DNA of 64,000 nucleotides from positions 3,109 through 67,108 of the forward strand of contig JAAYGY010000054.1 of assembly GCA_012735575.1 (NCBI GenBank). The letters run 5' to 3'. Made by a program: the position numbers and the translations under genes. The notes beneath the pieces were generated by a model. It had not been told where the DNA came from. It was given only the letters and a program-made list of their open reading frames with translations, and did not search any database. Source of the stretch: Clostridiales bacterium (GTDB taxonomy: Bacteria; Bacillota; Clostridia; Caldicoprobacterales; UBA3941). Positions 54,419-63,311 of the stretch are shown here, piece after piece (position 1 is the stretch's first letter; the number at the start of each line of letters is the position of its first letter).

Positions 54419-55285
54419 TTAATATAACTTTTCTGATACAGCACGGGCAGCCTTTTCTCTACTCAAGGCAGCCTTTTCAGGATTTCTTCTACAGTACTCG
54501 GTATACAAAATATCTATTACAAACATCTGAGCGATTTTTGTTGTAAGTGCACCACCCTGTAGTGGACCTTCTTTGTGACCTGACAAGAGTATAATATCAG
54601 CATATTTTGTAATAGGTGATTTAGAATAATGAGTAATACAAATAGTTTTGGCACCACTCTCTTTGGCAATTCGTAAAGTTTCAATAGTATCTTTAGAGCT
54701 ACCTGAATGAGATATGGCTATCGCCAGATCTTCAGGCGTCAATAATGCAGCAGACATAGCCTGCATATGAGGATCATTTAGGGCATTGACCGATAACCCT
54801 ACTCGCAAAAAAGTATTTCTTGCATCTGCGGCAGTATGCCCTGATATCCCTGAACCATAGAAATATATAGATCTGCTCTGTTCTATAAGAGAAACAGCCG
54901 CTTCAATATCTTTAGTATTTAACAAAGCTGCAGTATCTTTCAATGCCTTCATATTTGTGTTTATAATTTTTTGTATAATAGTATCAATATCATCATCTTT
55001 TTCTAGTTTGGTGCTCAGTATATTTAAATCATCACCATTACCAGCTGATAATTCCCCAGCTAAAAACATTTTAAAATCCTGATATCCCTTAAAACCTACC
55101 TTCCTACAAAAGCGAACAACTGTAGTATCTCCCACCCCTGCTTTTTCTGCAAGATCTGTTATTGAGCTATATAATACCTCTTCAGGATTATCAAGGACTG
55201 CCTCAACCACTTTTTTCTCAGATCTTGTAAAATCTTTTTCTAAACTGTGTAGCCTGGGAAATAAACTACCTGCCTCAAAATTCAT
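54419..55285 (-). CDS. RpiR/MurR-family transcriptional regulator (HTH + SIS domain), likely nan-cluster regulator
   Basis: HTH ITDLAEKAGVGDTTVVRFCRKVGFKGYQDFK. SIS domain IYFYGSGISGHTAADA...AISHSGSSKDT. I chose the start at ATG 55285 (GGGGGGAG RBS). Confidence 0.85.
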   Translation of the reverse strand: MNFEAGSLFPRLHSLEKDFTRSEKKVVEAVLDNPEEVLYSSITDLAEKAGVGDTTVVRFCRKVGFKGYQDFKMFLAGELSAGNGDDLNILSTKLEKDDDIDTIIQKIINTNMKALKDTAALLNTKDIEAAVSLIEQSRSIYFYGSGISGHTAADARNTFLRVGLSVNALNDPHMQAMSAALLTPEDLAIAISHSGSSKDTIETLRIAKESGAKTICITHYSKSPITKYADIILLSGHKEGPLQGGALTTKIAQMFVIDILYTEYCRRNPEKAALSREKAARAVSEKLY

Positions 55286-55329
55286 TTGTACTCCCCCCAA
55301 ATAGCTATTAACTTATTATATATGATTTT

Positions 55330-56037
55330 TTATACACGAACACTAACACGAGCTTGTGCTATGGTATCTACAAATCTTTTGGTAATGTTCATTGGCCTTG
55401 TAATGGCAGTTCCTACTACTATAGCATAGGCTCCAAGCTCCAAGGCTTTAACTGCCTCTTCGGGCTCCCAAATTCTACCTTCCCCTATTACAGGCACCTT
55501 TAAGTCCCTAGCTAAATCCTGAATAAGCTGAAAATCCGGTCCATCCAATTTTGGACTATAGGGCGTATAGCCAGACATAGTAGTAGATATTAAATCTGCA
55601 CCAGCATCTTGTGCTCTTATAGCTTCCTCGTATGTGGAAATGTCTGCCATTACCATTATATCAAATTTATTTTTGATTTCATATATAAACTGTGAGGCTG
55701 TCTTATTTCCTGGTCTTGACATATCCGTTGCATCAATGGCAACAATATTGGCACCTGCAGATACTACCTCTTCTACTTCTTTTAGGGTAGGAGTAATATA
55801 GACTTCATAGTCAGGATATTCTCTCTTTACAAGCCCAATTATGGGGAGATCCACTGCTTCCCTTATGGCTTTGATATCGGTAGCATAATTTGCTCTTATT
55901 CCAACAGCACCACCCTTTTCTGCAGCAATAGCCATTTTGGCCATTATTTCACTGCCATAAAGGGGTTCATTCTTTAGCGCTTGACATGAAACTATCAAGC
56001 CTTTATATATTTTTTTTAATACTTGGTCTTTTGTCAT
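55330..56037 (-). CDS. nanE: N-acetylmannosamine-6-phosphate 2-epimerase
   Basis: GLIVSCQALKNEPLYGSEIMAKMAIAAEKGGAVGIRAN...MADIST.EEA...GADLISTTMSGYT is typical of NanE. Confidence 0.9.
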   Translation of the reverse strand: MTKDQVLKKIYKGLIVSCQALKNEPLYGSEIMAKMAIAAEKGGAVGIRANYATDIKAIREAVDLPIIGLVKREYPDYEVYITPTLKEVEEVVSAGANIVAIDATDMSRPGNKTASQFIYEIKNKFDIMVMADISTYEEAIRAQDAGADLISTTMSGYTPYSPKLDGPDFQLIQDLARDLKVPVIGEGRIWEPEEAVKALELGAYAIVVGTAITRPMNITKRFVDTIAQARVSVRV

Positions 56038-56071
56038 GATTGTTGCCCCCTATAACCTTTTGTTTATTATA

Positions 56072-56959
56072 TCATCCTTTTACAGATCCTACCATAATTC
56101 CTTTTACAAAGTATTTCTGCACAAAAGGATATATAAATAGTATTGGTAGAGTACTAATAACAATAACTGTAGATCTAATGGTAACACTAGGAGGCTTTGC
56201 ACCTAAACCAGTACTCTCTTCCAATTCCAGCTCATAAGCAGTCATATTTAGTACAAAATTCCTTAATATTACCTGTACTGGGTATTTCTCAGGTTCATTT
56301 ATATATATAACTGCGTCAAACCATGCATTCCAATGGCCTACCGCATAAAATAGTCCTATGGTAGCTAGTGATGGCAAACTCAAGGGAAGTATTATCCTGG
56401 TAAGAACAATAAATGGAGTTGCACCATCAATAAAGGCTGATTCTTCCAAGCTAGGAGGAATAGTATAAAAGAAGTTTCTAAGAATTAACATATTCCAAAC
56501 ACTCATCATGCTTGGTATTATCAAAGCCCAAAAACTATTAATTAGATTCAAGGATTTTACTACCATGTAAGTAGGAATAAGTCCTCCCCCAATTAACATG
56601 GTAATAAAAACCATAGTGATAAAAAAGTTTCTCCCTGGCAAATCCTTTTTAGCCATAGGATACGCGAACATTGCTGTTACAAATAAATTAATTACAGATC
56701 CTAAAACCACTCGCAACACCGTTACTTTGTATGCATCCACAAGTACAGAGCCTTTTCTTAAAAATAGCTTGTATGAAGTTAAATCAAAATCCCGAGGTAT
56801 TAGAACAAAACCTCTCTCAATCAATTCCTTTTCACTTATAAAGGAAGTGGCTATAACATTAAGAAAAGGAACTATGAAAGTAATGGTCAAAAATGCTAAT
56901 AGTGTATAGTTTATAACATTAAATACTTTCTCACCAAAAGTAGGTTTACCTAAATACAT
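56072..56959 (-). CDS. Carbohydrate ABC transporter permease (BPD_transp_1, LplC/AraQ-like)
   Basis: 6 TM segments. The EAA-loop region is LEESAFIDGATPFIVLTRIILPLSLPSL. Confidence 0.85.
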   Translation of the reverse strand: MYLGKPTFGEKVFNVINYTLLAFLTITFIVPFLNVIATSFISEKELIERGFVLIPRDFDLTSYKLFLRKGSVLVDAYKVTVLRVVLGSVINLFVTAMFAYPMAKKDLPGRNFFITMVFITMLIGGGLIPTYMVVKSLNLINSFWALIIPSMMSVWNMLILRNFFYTIPPSLEESAFIDGATPFIVLTRIILPLSLPSLATIGLFYAVGHWNAWFDAVIYINEPEKYPVQVILRNFVLNMTAYELELEESTGLGAKPPSVTIRSTVIVISTLPILFIYPFVQKYFVKGIMVGSVKG

Positions 56960-56972
56960 GCCTGAACACCTC

Positions 56973-57947
56973 CTACCATATACCCTCTTGATCTAGTCTC
57001 TTGGCTATAAAATTGGTTAGCAATAACAAAAACATAGAAACAAGGGATTTGAATAATCCTACCGCTGTAGCATAGGAATAATTATTTGATTGAAGTCCTT
57101 CTCTATATACGAATGTGTCTATTATATCCGCTACACTATATACAGAAGGTGAATAGAGTAGAAATATCTGTTCAAAACCAGCATTTAACAAACCACCTAC
57201 GTTAAATATAAGCATTATTACCACTATATTGCTTATACTGGGCAATGTTATATGCCAGATTCGTCTCCACCTATTGGCACCATCAATATAGGCTGCTTCA
57301 TACATTTCCTGATCTACTCCACTGATAGCGGCCAGATAAACTATACTACCCCAACCTATACCCTTCCATATATCTGAAACAACTAAAACCTGTCTAAAAT
57401 ATCTGGGATCTCCCAAAAACATAATAGACTCTCTGCCCATGGCTTCTCTGATTATATTAATCAAACCATTATCCGTAGATAATAGGGTTACTAAAAGCCC
57501 GGACACAACCACCCAAGATAAGAAATGTGGAAGGTATGAAATAGTTTGAACTGTTTTCATAAACTTCTTATTTCTTACTTCATTTAGCAGTAAGGCAAAA
57601 ACAATGGGAGCTGGAAACCCAAAGATAAACTTCAATAAACTTATTGTCAATGTGTTCCCTAGTATATCCCAGAAATAATAAGAGTTAAAGAACTTTTGAA
57701 AGTGCTTAAATCCTACCCATTGACTGGTAAATATACCCTTAACGCCCATAAAGGGTTGATAATCTTTAAAGGAAATAATTATACCAAACATAGGTATATA
57801 ATGGAATATAATTAGATATAGAAGGCCTGGGATTAATAAAAAGTAGTACATCTTATATTTCTTAAAAGTATCTAAGAAACTTCTTTTTTTGGGCACCATG
57901 ATATTGTTTCCAGGCTTTGCTATATCTGATCTTACTCTTTTGCCCAT
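56973..57947 (-). CDS. Carbohydrate ABC transporter permease (LplB-like)
   Basis: 6 TM segments. The EAA-loop region is MYEAAYIDGANRWRRIWHITLPSI. GGGGGGA RBS. Confidence 0.85.
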   Translation of the reverse strand: MGKRVRSDIAKPGNNIMVPKKRSFLDTFKKYKMYYFLLIPGLLYLIIFHYIPMFGIIISFKDYQPFMGVKGIFTSQWVGFKHFQKFFNSYYFWDILGNTLTISLLKFIFGFPAPIVFALLLNEVRNKKFMKTVQTISYLPHFLSWVVVSGLLVTLLSTDNGLINIIREAMGRESIMFLGDPRYFRQVLVVSDIWKGIGWGSIVYLAAISGVDQEMYEAAYIDGANRWRRIWHITLPSISNIVVIMLIFNVGGLLNAGFEQIFLLYSPSVYSVADIIDTFVYREGLQSNNYSYATAVGLFKSLVSMFLLLLTNFIAKRLDQEGIW

Positions 57948-58035
57948 GTATCTATCCCCCCGAATTTATTATCTAATCCATGCTTATTTAATTAGAATCA
58001 CTGGAAGGTTTATCTTCCAGTGATTCTGTAGACAT

Positions 58036-59601
58036 TTATTTTACTGATTTCTCATATATTTGAGTATAAGCGTCATTTAGTTCATCCATACCAATCTTGT
58101 GGAGCTGGTCAATAAAGTCTTCCCACTCGGACATAGGTCTCATGTTGGTTAAGAACTTAACCAGTTCTTCCTCAATCATCCTGTCAATATCCGCTCTGTT
58201 AGGTGCTAATTCATCAAGGTCAGTAGCAGGATAGCTTACCAGGAAGTCAAAGGGTTCCTTAACATCATCATATCTGTATTGATAATCCATCAGGAATTGA
58301 GTCATCTTATTGGGTATTCCATCTTCACCAACAACACCATACTGTCTGAGAGAAACGTTATTTGGATAAATGTAGAAGTCTCCATTGTACCTTTCGCTTA
58401 TTCTCTTAAACAGATTTTTCTCTTTATCGGTATACTCTCTATCAACACCATCCAAACCGTATAGTGGAGTTACAAAATTATCTGGTGACTCCATAACCCA
58501 ATCTAAAAATTTCATTGCAGCTTCTGGATTTTTAGCTTTCTTCAATATCATCATTCCAGCGGATCCTGGTTTGGTCTTAGTTTCTATAGATCCTTTAGGT
58601 CCTTTCAATCCTTCGGCAAAGGCATATTCTAATTCTGGAATATTTGCTTTGACTCTTTCTTCATTTGCTGCAACCAGGGAGTACCACATTATGGTGCTTC
58701 CTATCCTGTTAGAAGATAACAGCTGTTCCTGCTGTTCTCTGTTTATAACATAGCTTTCCTTGTAGATATAGCCTTCTTTATACCATTCTGCCATTTTTGC
58801 TACAGCGTCTTTAAAGCCAGGCTGTAGTATAGGGTGTTTTATCTTGCCATCGGTATCCTGCCAGTTGCCATAGCCATTCTCTGTAAATCCAGCTGAAAGA
58901 CCATTGTATAGTCCACCTAAATCAGTAAGAAGGGGTATAGTTTGTCCGTTTCCTGCCGGATCTTCTTCTTTAAAAGTCCTTAGGATGTTTTCCAGATCCT
59001 CGATGGTCTTTGGCATCTCTAGGCCGTACTTGTCTAACCAGTCCTTTCTCAACCAGGTGGGGTAAGAAGTAGTTGGCAGGGCTCTTGGTAAGGCCCAAAT
59101 AGTACCTTCCTCATCTGTAACTTTTTCCCACATATAATCATTCTCTTCCCAGGCCTTTTTGATATTTGCCCCATGCTCATCCAATAAGTCATTAAGAGGC
59201 ATCAACAATCCCATATCGGCATACTCTATCCAGTCGCCAGAGAAGAAAACATCTAATCTTTCATCATCTGAAGAAATAAGTAGATTTAATTTTTCGGTTT
59301 CAGAACCTCTGGGCAGAACTACTGGTACAGGAACAACTCCTGTTTGTTCAATTATATAGTTCTTAATCTCTTCATAAACGTCGTCTGAGGTTTTTCCATC
59401 AAATTCAGCTAATGGGAATGCTTGATAATATACTTCAGGTAGTTGATCTTCCTTGTCGGATGTCTCACCTTGGTTGGTACCTTGGTTGGCTCCTTGGTTG
59501 CCACCATTATTATCAGATGTACCTCCTGAACAAGCAGCAACAAGACCTACTATAACTACTAGTGCCAGTATTATAGAAAGTATTTTAGTTATATTTCTCA
59601 T
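58036..59601 (-). CDS. Large extracellular solute-binding lipoprotein (LplA-type, family 1 SBP)
   Basis: I chose the start at ATG 59601 (GGAGGAG RBS). The lipoprotein signal is MRNITKILSIILALVVIVGLVAAC-SGG, followed by a G/N/Q-rich linker. The mature protein is ~500 aa. Confidence 0.85.
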   Translation of the reverse strand: MRNITKILSIILALVVIVGLVAACSGGTSDNNGGNQGANQGTNQGETSDKEDQLPEVYYQAFPLAEFDGKTSDDVYEEIKNYIIEQTGVVPVPVVLPRGSETEKLNLLISSDDERLDVFFSGDWIEYADMGLLMPLNDLLDEHGANIKKAWEENDYMWEKVTDEEGTIWALPRALPTTSYPTWLRKDWLDKYGLEMPKTIEDLENILRTFKEEDPAGNGQTIPLLTDLGGLYNGLSAGFTENGYGNWQDTDGKIKHPILQPGFKDAVAKMAEWYKEGYIYKESYVINREQQEQLLSSNRIGSTIMWYSLVAANEERVKANIPELEYAFAEGLKGPKGSIETKTKPGSAGMMILKKAKNPEAAMKFLDWVMESPDNFVTPLYGLDGVDREYTDKEKNLFKRISERYNGDFYIYPNNVSLRQYGVVGEDGIPNKMTQFLMDYQYRYDDVKEPFDFLVSYPATDLDELAPNRADIDRMIEEELVKFLTNMRPMSEWEDFIDQLHKIGMDELNDAYTQIYEKSVK

Positions 59602-59834
59602 ACAACACTCCTCCATTTTTTTGTAGATTATGAATAAATACCCCTTTGTCTCCCCTCCTGATAAAGGCATCTGGCTAGATCCAGCCTCGAATAAAACAAC
59701 GTGGTTACATTATACTCTATATTGTGGATTTTTTCAACATCTATTTTAAAATTGGTGGATATTTTTTATCTTAATTGTGTTTCTGAATTATTGTTCCTCT
59801 CCTAAAGATTCAATATTCATAAATAGCCAAAAAT

Positions 59835-59867
59835 AAAGAAGTTACACATTATCTGTGTAACTTCTTT
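59835..59867 (-). terminator. Rho-independent terminator overlapping the stop codon of the PfkB kinase gene
   Basis: Perfect 14-bp arms aaagaagttacaca (59835-59848) and tgtgtaacttcttt (59854-59867). The TAA stop (59851-59849) lies in the 5-nt loop. On the minus strand the hairpin is followed by ATTTTTGG. Confidence 0.7.
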
Positions 59868-60784
59868 ACCTTAACTTTTGGCAAGATAGATTCAAAACCC
59901 TCCCTTGTACACATGAGGGTTCCTTCCCTCATCACTGAGGCAGTAGCTGCTGCTACTCCATACCTTAACATAGTCTCCAAATCTGATCCTTCTTTCATGG
60001 CTTGACAGAATCCTGCAATTATGGAATCACCGGCACCCGCTGTTCCTTTCACATCTATTTTAAGACCAGGGGCATAATATGCATGGCTTTCATTTAAAAT
60101 GATAGCACCCTCTTCACCCAGAGAAACTCCTATAATCTCCACTCCTTTGTCCAAAAAGAAATCTGCTGCTTTTAGAATCTCCCTGTGGGATGTAATCTTT
60201 ATATTTAAAGCACTTTCCAACTCAAAAAGATTAGGTTTTATAATATTGGGTTTTTCCTTTATACCCTCCAATAACAGACTGCCTTCAGCATCCAATATAG
60301 TCTTTACTGGCAAGTGAGACACTGCCTTTAACAGATCTTTGTATATGGTATCAGGAACTCCTTTGGGGATACTTCCACTTATCACCAGTATTTCACTGTT
60401 GCTACTATGAGTTATTACCTTTTCCTTTACCTTCTCCAATGCTAATGTATCTATAGGATATCCGCTTTCATTAAGCTCAGTCACCACTTGCTTTGATCTG
60501 TCATAAATCTTATGATTAATCCGTACCTCTCCATCTACATTAACAAAATCATGTTCTATACCTTTTCCATCTAAAAGCTCAACTATTAAGTTACCTCTTT
60601 CCCTATAATTAATTCCTGTACACAAAGCTCGGCCACCTAATTGTGTATATGCAATTGCTACATTTATACCTTTACCCGAAGCATCAATCCTGCTGTCTAA
60701 TATCCGATTCATTCCACCATAGGTAAAGCTTTCTATAGTTACCATTCTATCTATACATGGATTCATGGTTACAGTAGTAATCAT
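59849..60784 (-). CDS. PfkB-family hexose-phosphate kinase (1-phosphofructokinase / tagatose-6-phosphate kinase-like)
   Basis: MITTVTMNPCIDRMV...GGMNR....ASGKGINVA and the C-terminal GAGDSIIAGF motif are typical of FruK/LacC. Confidence 0.85.
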   Translation of the reverse strand: MITTVTMNPCIDRMVTIESFTYGGMNRILDSRIDASGKGINVAIAYTQLGGRALCTGINYRERGNLIVELLDGKGIEHDFVNVDGEVRINHKIYDRSKQVVTELNESGYPIDTLALEKVKEKVITHSSNSEILVISGSIPKGVPDTIYKDLLKAVSHLPVKTILDAEGSLLLEGIKEKPNIIKPNLFELESALNIKITSHREILKAADFFLDKGVEIIGVSLGEEGAIILNESHAYYAPGLKIDVKGTAGAGDSIIAGFCQAMKEGSDLETMLRYGVAAATASVMREGTLMCTREGFESILPKVKVKKLHR

Positions 60785-60821
60785 CTATATACCCCTTCCA
60801 TAATAACCTTTATTAAAATAT

Positions 60822-60853
60822 AGTAACCGGATATCCTATGATACCCGGTTACT
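60822..60853 (-). terminator. Possible terminator/attenuator after the EF-G paralog gene
   Basis: The 9-bp arms agtaaccgg / ccggttact flank a 14-nt loop. On the minus strand the hairpin is followed by ATATTTTAATAAA. It lies only ~37 nt upstream of the kinase start, so read-through is plausible. Confidence 0.45.
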
Positions 60854-60890
60854 GTATTTTCTGTATCTTATATTATTCAGCTAATTAATA

Positions 60891-62966
60891 TTATTCAGCT
60901 TCTTTTTTAGCCTGTTCTACTACCTTAGCACTGATATTGGCTGGAACTTCTTCATATCGTACAAAGGTTAGCTTGAAAGATCCCCGGGCCTGTGTCATAG
61001 ACCTAAGATCTGTAGCATACTTAAACATCTCAGCCTGAGGGACCTCTGCTTCTATGCACTGTAGTCCATTGCCTATGGGATTCATACCCAAAATTCTACC
61101 TCTTCTACGGTTGAGATCTCCGATTACGTCACCCATGTACTCATCATTGACTATTACTTCTGCTTTCATAATAGGTTCTAAGAGTACAGGATCAGCGTCC
61201 ACTAATTTCCTATATGCCAAATAGGCTGCCATCTTAAAGGCCATTTCTGAGGAGTCTACACTATGATATGATCCATCATATAATGTGGCCTTTATACCCA
61301 CCATAGGATAACCAGCCAATACACCTTTAGGTAAGGATTCCTGTAAGCCTTTTTCAACTGCAGGAATGTATTGTCTTGGTACAACACCACCTACTATCTT
61401 GTCTACGAACTCAAATTGCTTTTCCGTATCTCCAAGGGGTTCAAATTCAATCCATACATGTCCATACTGTCCATGTCCTCCGCTTTGTTTTTTGTGCCTA
61501 CCTTCGGCCTTGATAGGCTTGCGGATGGTTTCCCTATAAGCCACCTTAGGTTCTTTAAATAGCACTCCCACACCAAATTTACTCTTTAATCGGCTAGCAA
61601 CTACATCCAGCTGCATTTCACCTACACCGCTTATTAGGGTCTCATTGGTTTCTGTATTTGTGTCAATCCTAAAAGTAGGATCCTCTTCAGATAGTCTGTT
61701 AAGTCCGGCAAATACCTTATCTTCTTCCCCTTCTTTTTCTGCTAGAATGGCCATGGAAATAGCAGGCTCGGGGAATTCAATACCTTTATATACTATAGGT
61801 GATGAAGAGGCACATAGGGTATCACCGGTTTCAGTTTGTTGAAGCTTTGCAAAGGCACCAAAATCACCAGCAGTTAACTTGTTAACCTGAGTTTGCTTTT
61901 TGCCTTTTAAGGTATATAATACTGTGGTTTTTTCATTATAATCTTTATTAGCGTTGTAAACAGTGGTACCACTCTCTAGCTCGCCTGACATTACCTTAAA
62001 TAGAGAAAGTTTGCCTATAAATGGGTCAACGATAGTCTTGAATACCAGAGCTGAAAAAGGTTCTGAGACTTTCATCTCTCGTCTGATTGTTTCACCAGTT
62101 TTTGGATTTGTTCCCTTAAAGGATGGTCTATCACAAGGGGATGGTAAGTAGTTAACCACTTCATCCAGCAAGGTTTTAACTCCAACATTATTTACAGCTG
62201 AACCACACAGTATAGGAACGATGTCTCCTTCTAAAACACCATAACGAATTGCATTGGTTAGCTCTTCGTTGGTTATTTCCTCTCCCTCAAAATATTTTTC
62301 CATTAGCTCCTCACTGGTTTCTACAGCTGCTTCTATTAACATAGTACGGATGGGTTCTACTTCGTCTAAGACAGAATCGGGAATGGGTGCATCCTTGGTT
62401 TCCTTGCCATCAAATATTTTAGCCTGCATTTTTAGTACATCAACGATTCCTTTGAATTTTCCTCCCTCCATAATAGGTATCTGGAAGGGAGCAATAGATG
62501 TACCATACTTGTCCTTTAATTGATCCAAGACCTTGGAGAAGTTGGCATTTTCACGATCCATTTGATTGATAAAGATCATTCTGGGAATTACATGACTTTC
62601 GCAATAATCCCAGGCTTTTTCCGTGCCTACCATTAAACCAGAAACTGCTCCCACAACAAGAACAGCACTATCTACAACTCTTAAAGCTCCCAGCATCTCC
62701 CCAACAAAGTCAAAATAGCCTGGAACGTCCACTACATTTATTTTATGGTCTTTCCATACTATTGGGGCTATTGCGGAACTAATAGAGATTTGTCTTTTAA
62801 TTTCCTCGGGATCATAATCGGTAGTGGTGGTTCCATCTTCGACTCGGCCAAAGCGATCTGTACCACCTGAATTGAATAGCATGGCCTCGGTTAAGGTAGT
62901 TTTTCCTTCACCACCATGACCTACGATGGCAATGTTGCGGATTTTTTTAGTCTCAAAATTCTTCAT
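60891..62966 (-). CDS. Elongation factor G paralog (EF-G2-like translational GTPase)
   Basis: 691 aa. The G1 motif is VGHGGEGKTTLTEAMLFNSG, where canonical EF-G has AHIDAGKTT. RVEDGTTTTDYDPEE and DVPGYFDFVGE are arranged as in EF-G2-type paralogs. The full five-domain length is present. Confidence 0.85.
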   Translation of the reverse strand: MKNFETKKIRNIAIVGHGGEGKTTLTEAMLFNSGGTDRFGRVEDGTTTTDYDPEEIKRQISISSAIAPIVWKDHKINVVDVPGYFDFVGEMLGALRVVDSAVLVVGAVSGLMVGTEKAWDYCESHVIPRMIFINQMDRENANFSKVLDQLKDKYGTSIAPFQIPIMEGGKFKGIVDVLKMQAKIFDGKETKDAPIPDSVLDEVEPIRTMLIEAAVETSEELMEKYFEGEEITNEELTNAIRYGVLEGDIVPILCGSAVNNVGVKTLLDEVVNYLPSPCDRPSFKGTNPKTGETIRREMKVSEPFSALVFKTIVDPFIGKLSLFKVMSGELESGTTVYNANKDYNEKTTVLYTLKGKKQTQVNKLTAGDFGAFAKLQQTETGDTLCASSSPIVYKGIEFPEPAISMAILAEKEGEEDKVFAGLNRLSEEDPTFRIDTNTETNETLISGVGEMQLDVVASRLKSKFGVGVLFKEPKVAYRETIRKPIKAEGRHKKQSGGHGQYGHVWIEFEPLGDTEKQFEFVDKIVGGVVPRQYIPAVEKGLQESLPKGVLAGYPMVGIKATLYDGSYHSVDSSEMAFKMAAYLAYRKLVDADPVLLEPIMKAEVIVNDEYMGDVIGDLNRRRGRILGMNPIGNGLQCIEAEVPQAEMFKYATDLRSMTQARGSFKLTFVRYEEVPANISAKVVEQAKKEAE

Positions 62967-63311
62967 GCATAATCCCCCTCTTTATTGATATACAATATCG
63001 CTATTTAAAGAAAAGCAATAGTTCATATATGTCAGTTAACAATTAATAGATTTGTTAACAGATCAATCAAGGGTAAATCACTTTTGGGACTTAATTGTTA
63101 ATTATAAAAAATCAGAATTTATTTCTTCTATTGTACCATATATTTTTGCTTTACGCACTAATGTTTTTAATTTAATTTGCTAATTTTTATTGAGATTCCT
63201 GTTACTTCCATTTGACTATTATGTATCTTGACTTTTTAATTTATAGAGTATAAAATCAACTAAAAATAAAGTTTGACAAAATTCAAACTTTTAATAAGGA
63301 GATAAATATCC

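Noticed and set aside
60891-62966. The EF-G-like gene as a Tet(M)/Tet(O)-type ribosomal protection (tetracycline resistance) gene.
   Set aside because: The length (691 aa) and motif pattern (GHGGEGKT, RVEDGTTTTDYDPEE) fit EF-G2-type paralogs better than the ~640-aa Tet(M) family. There is no mobile-element context.
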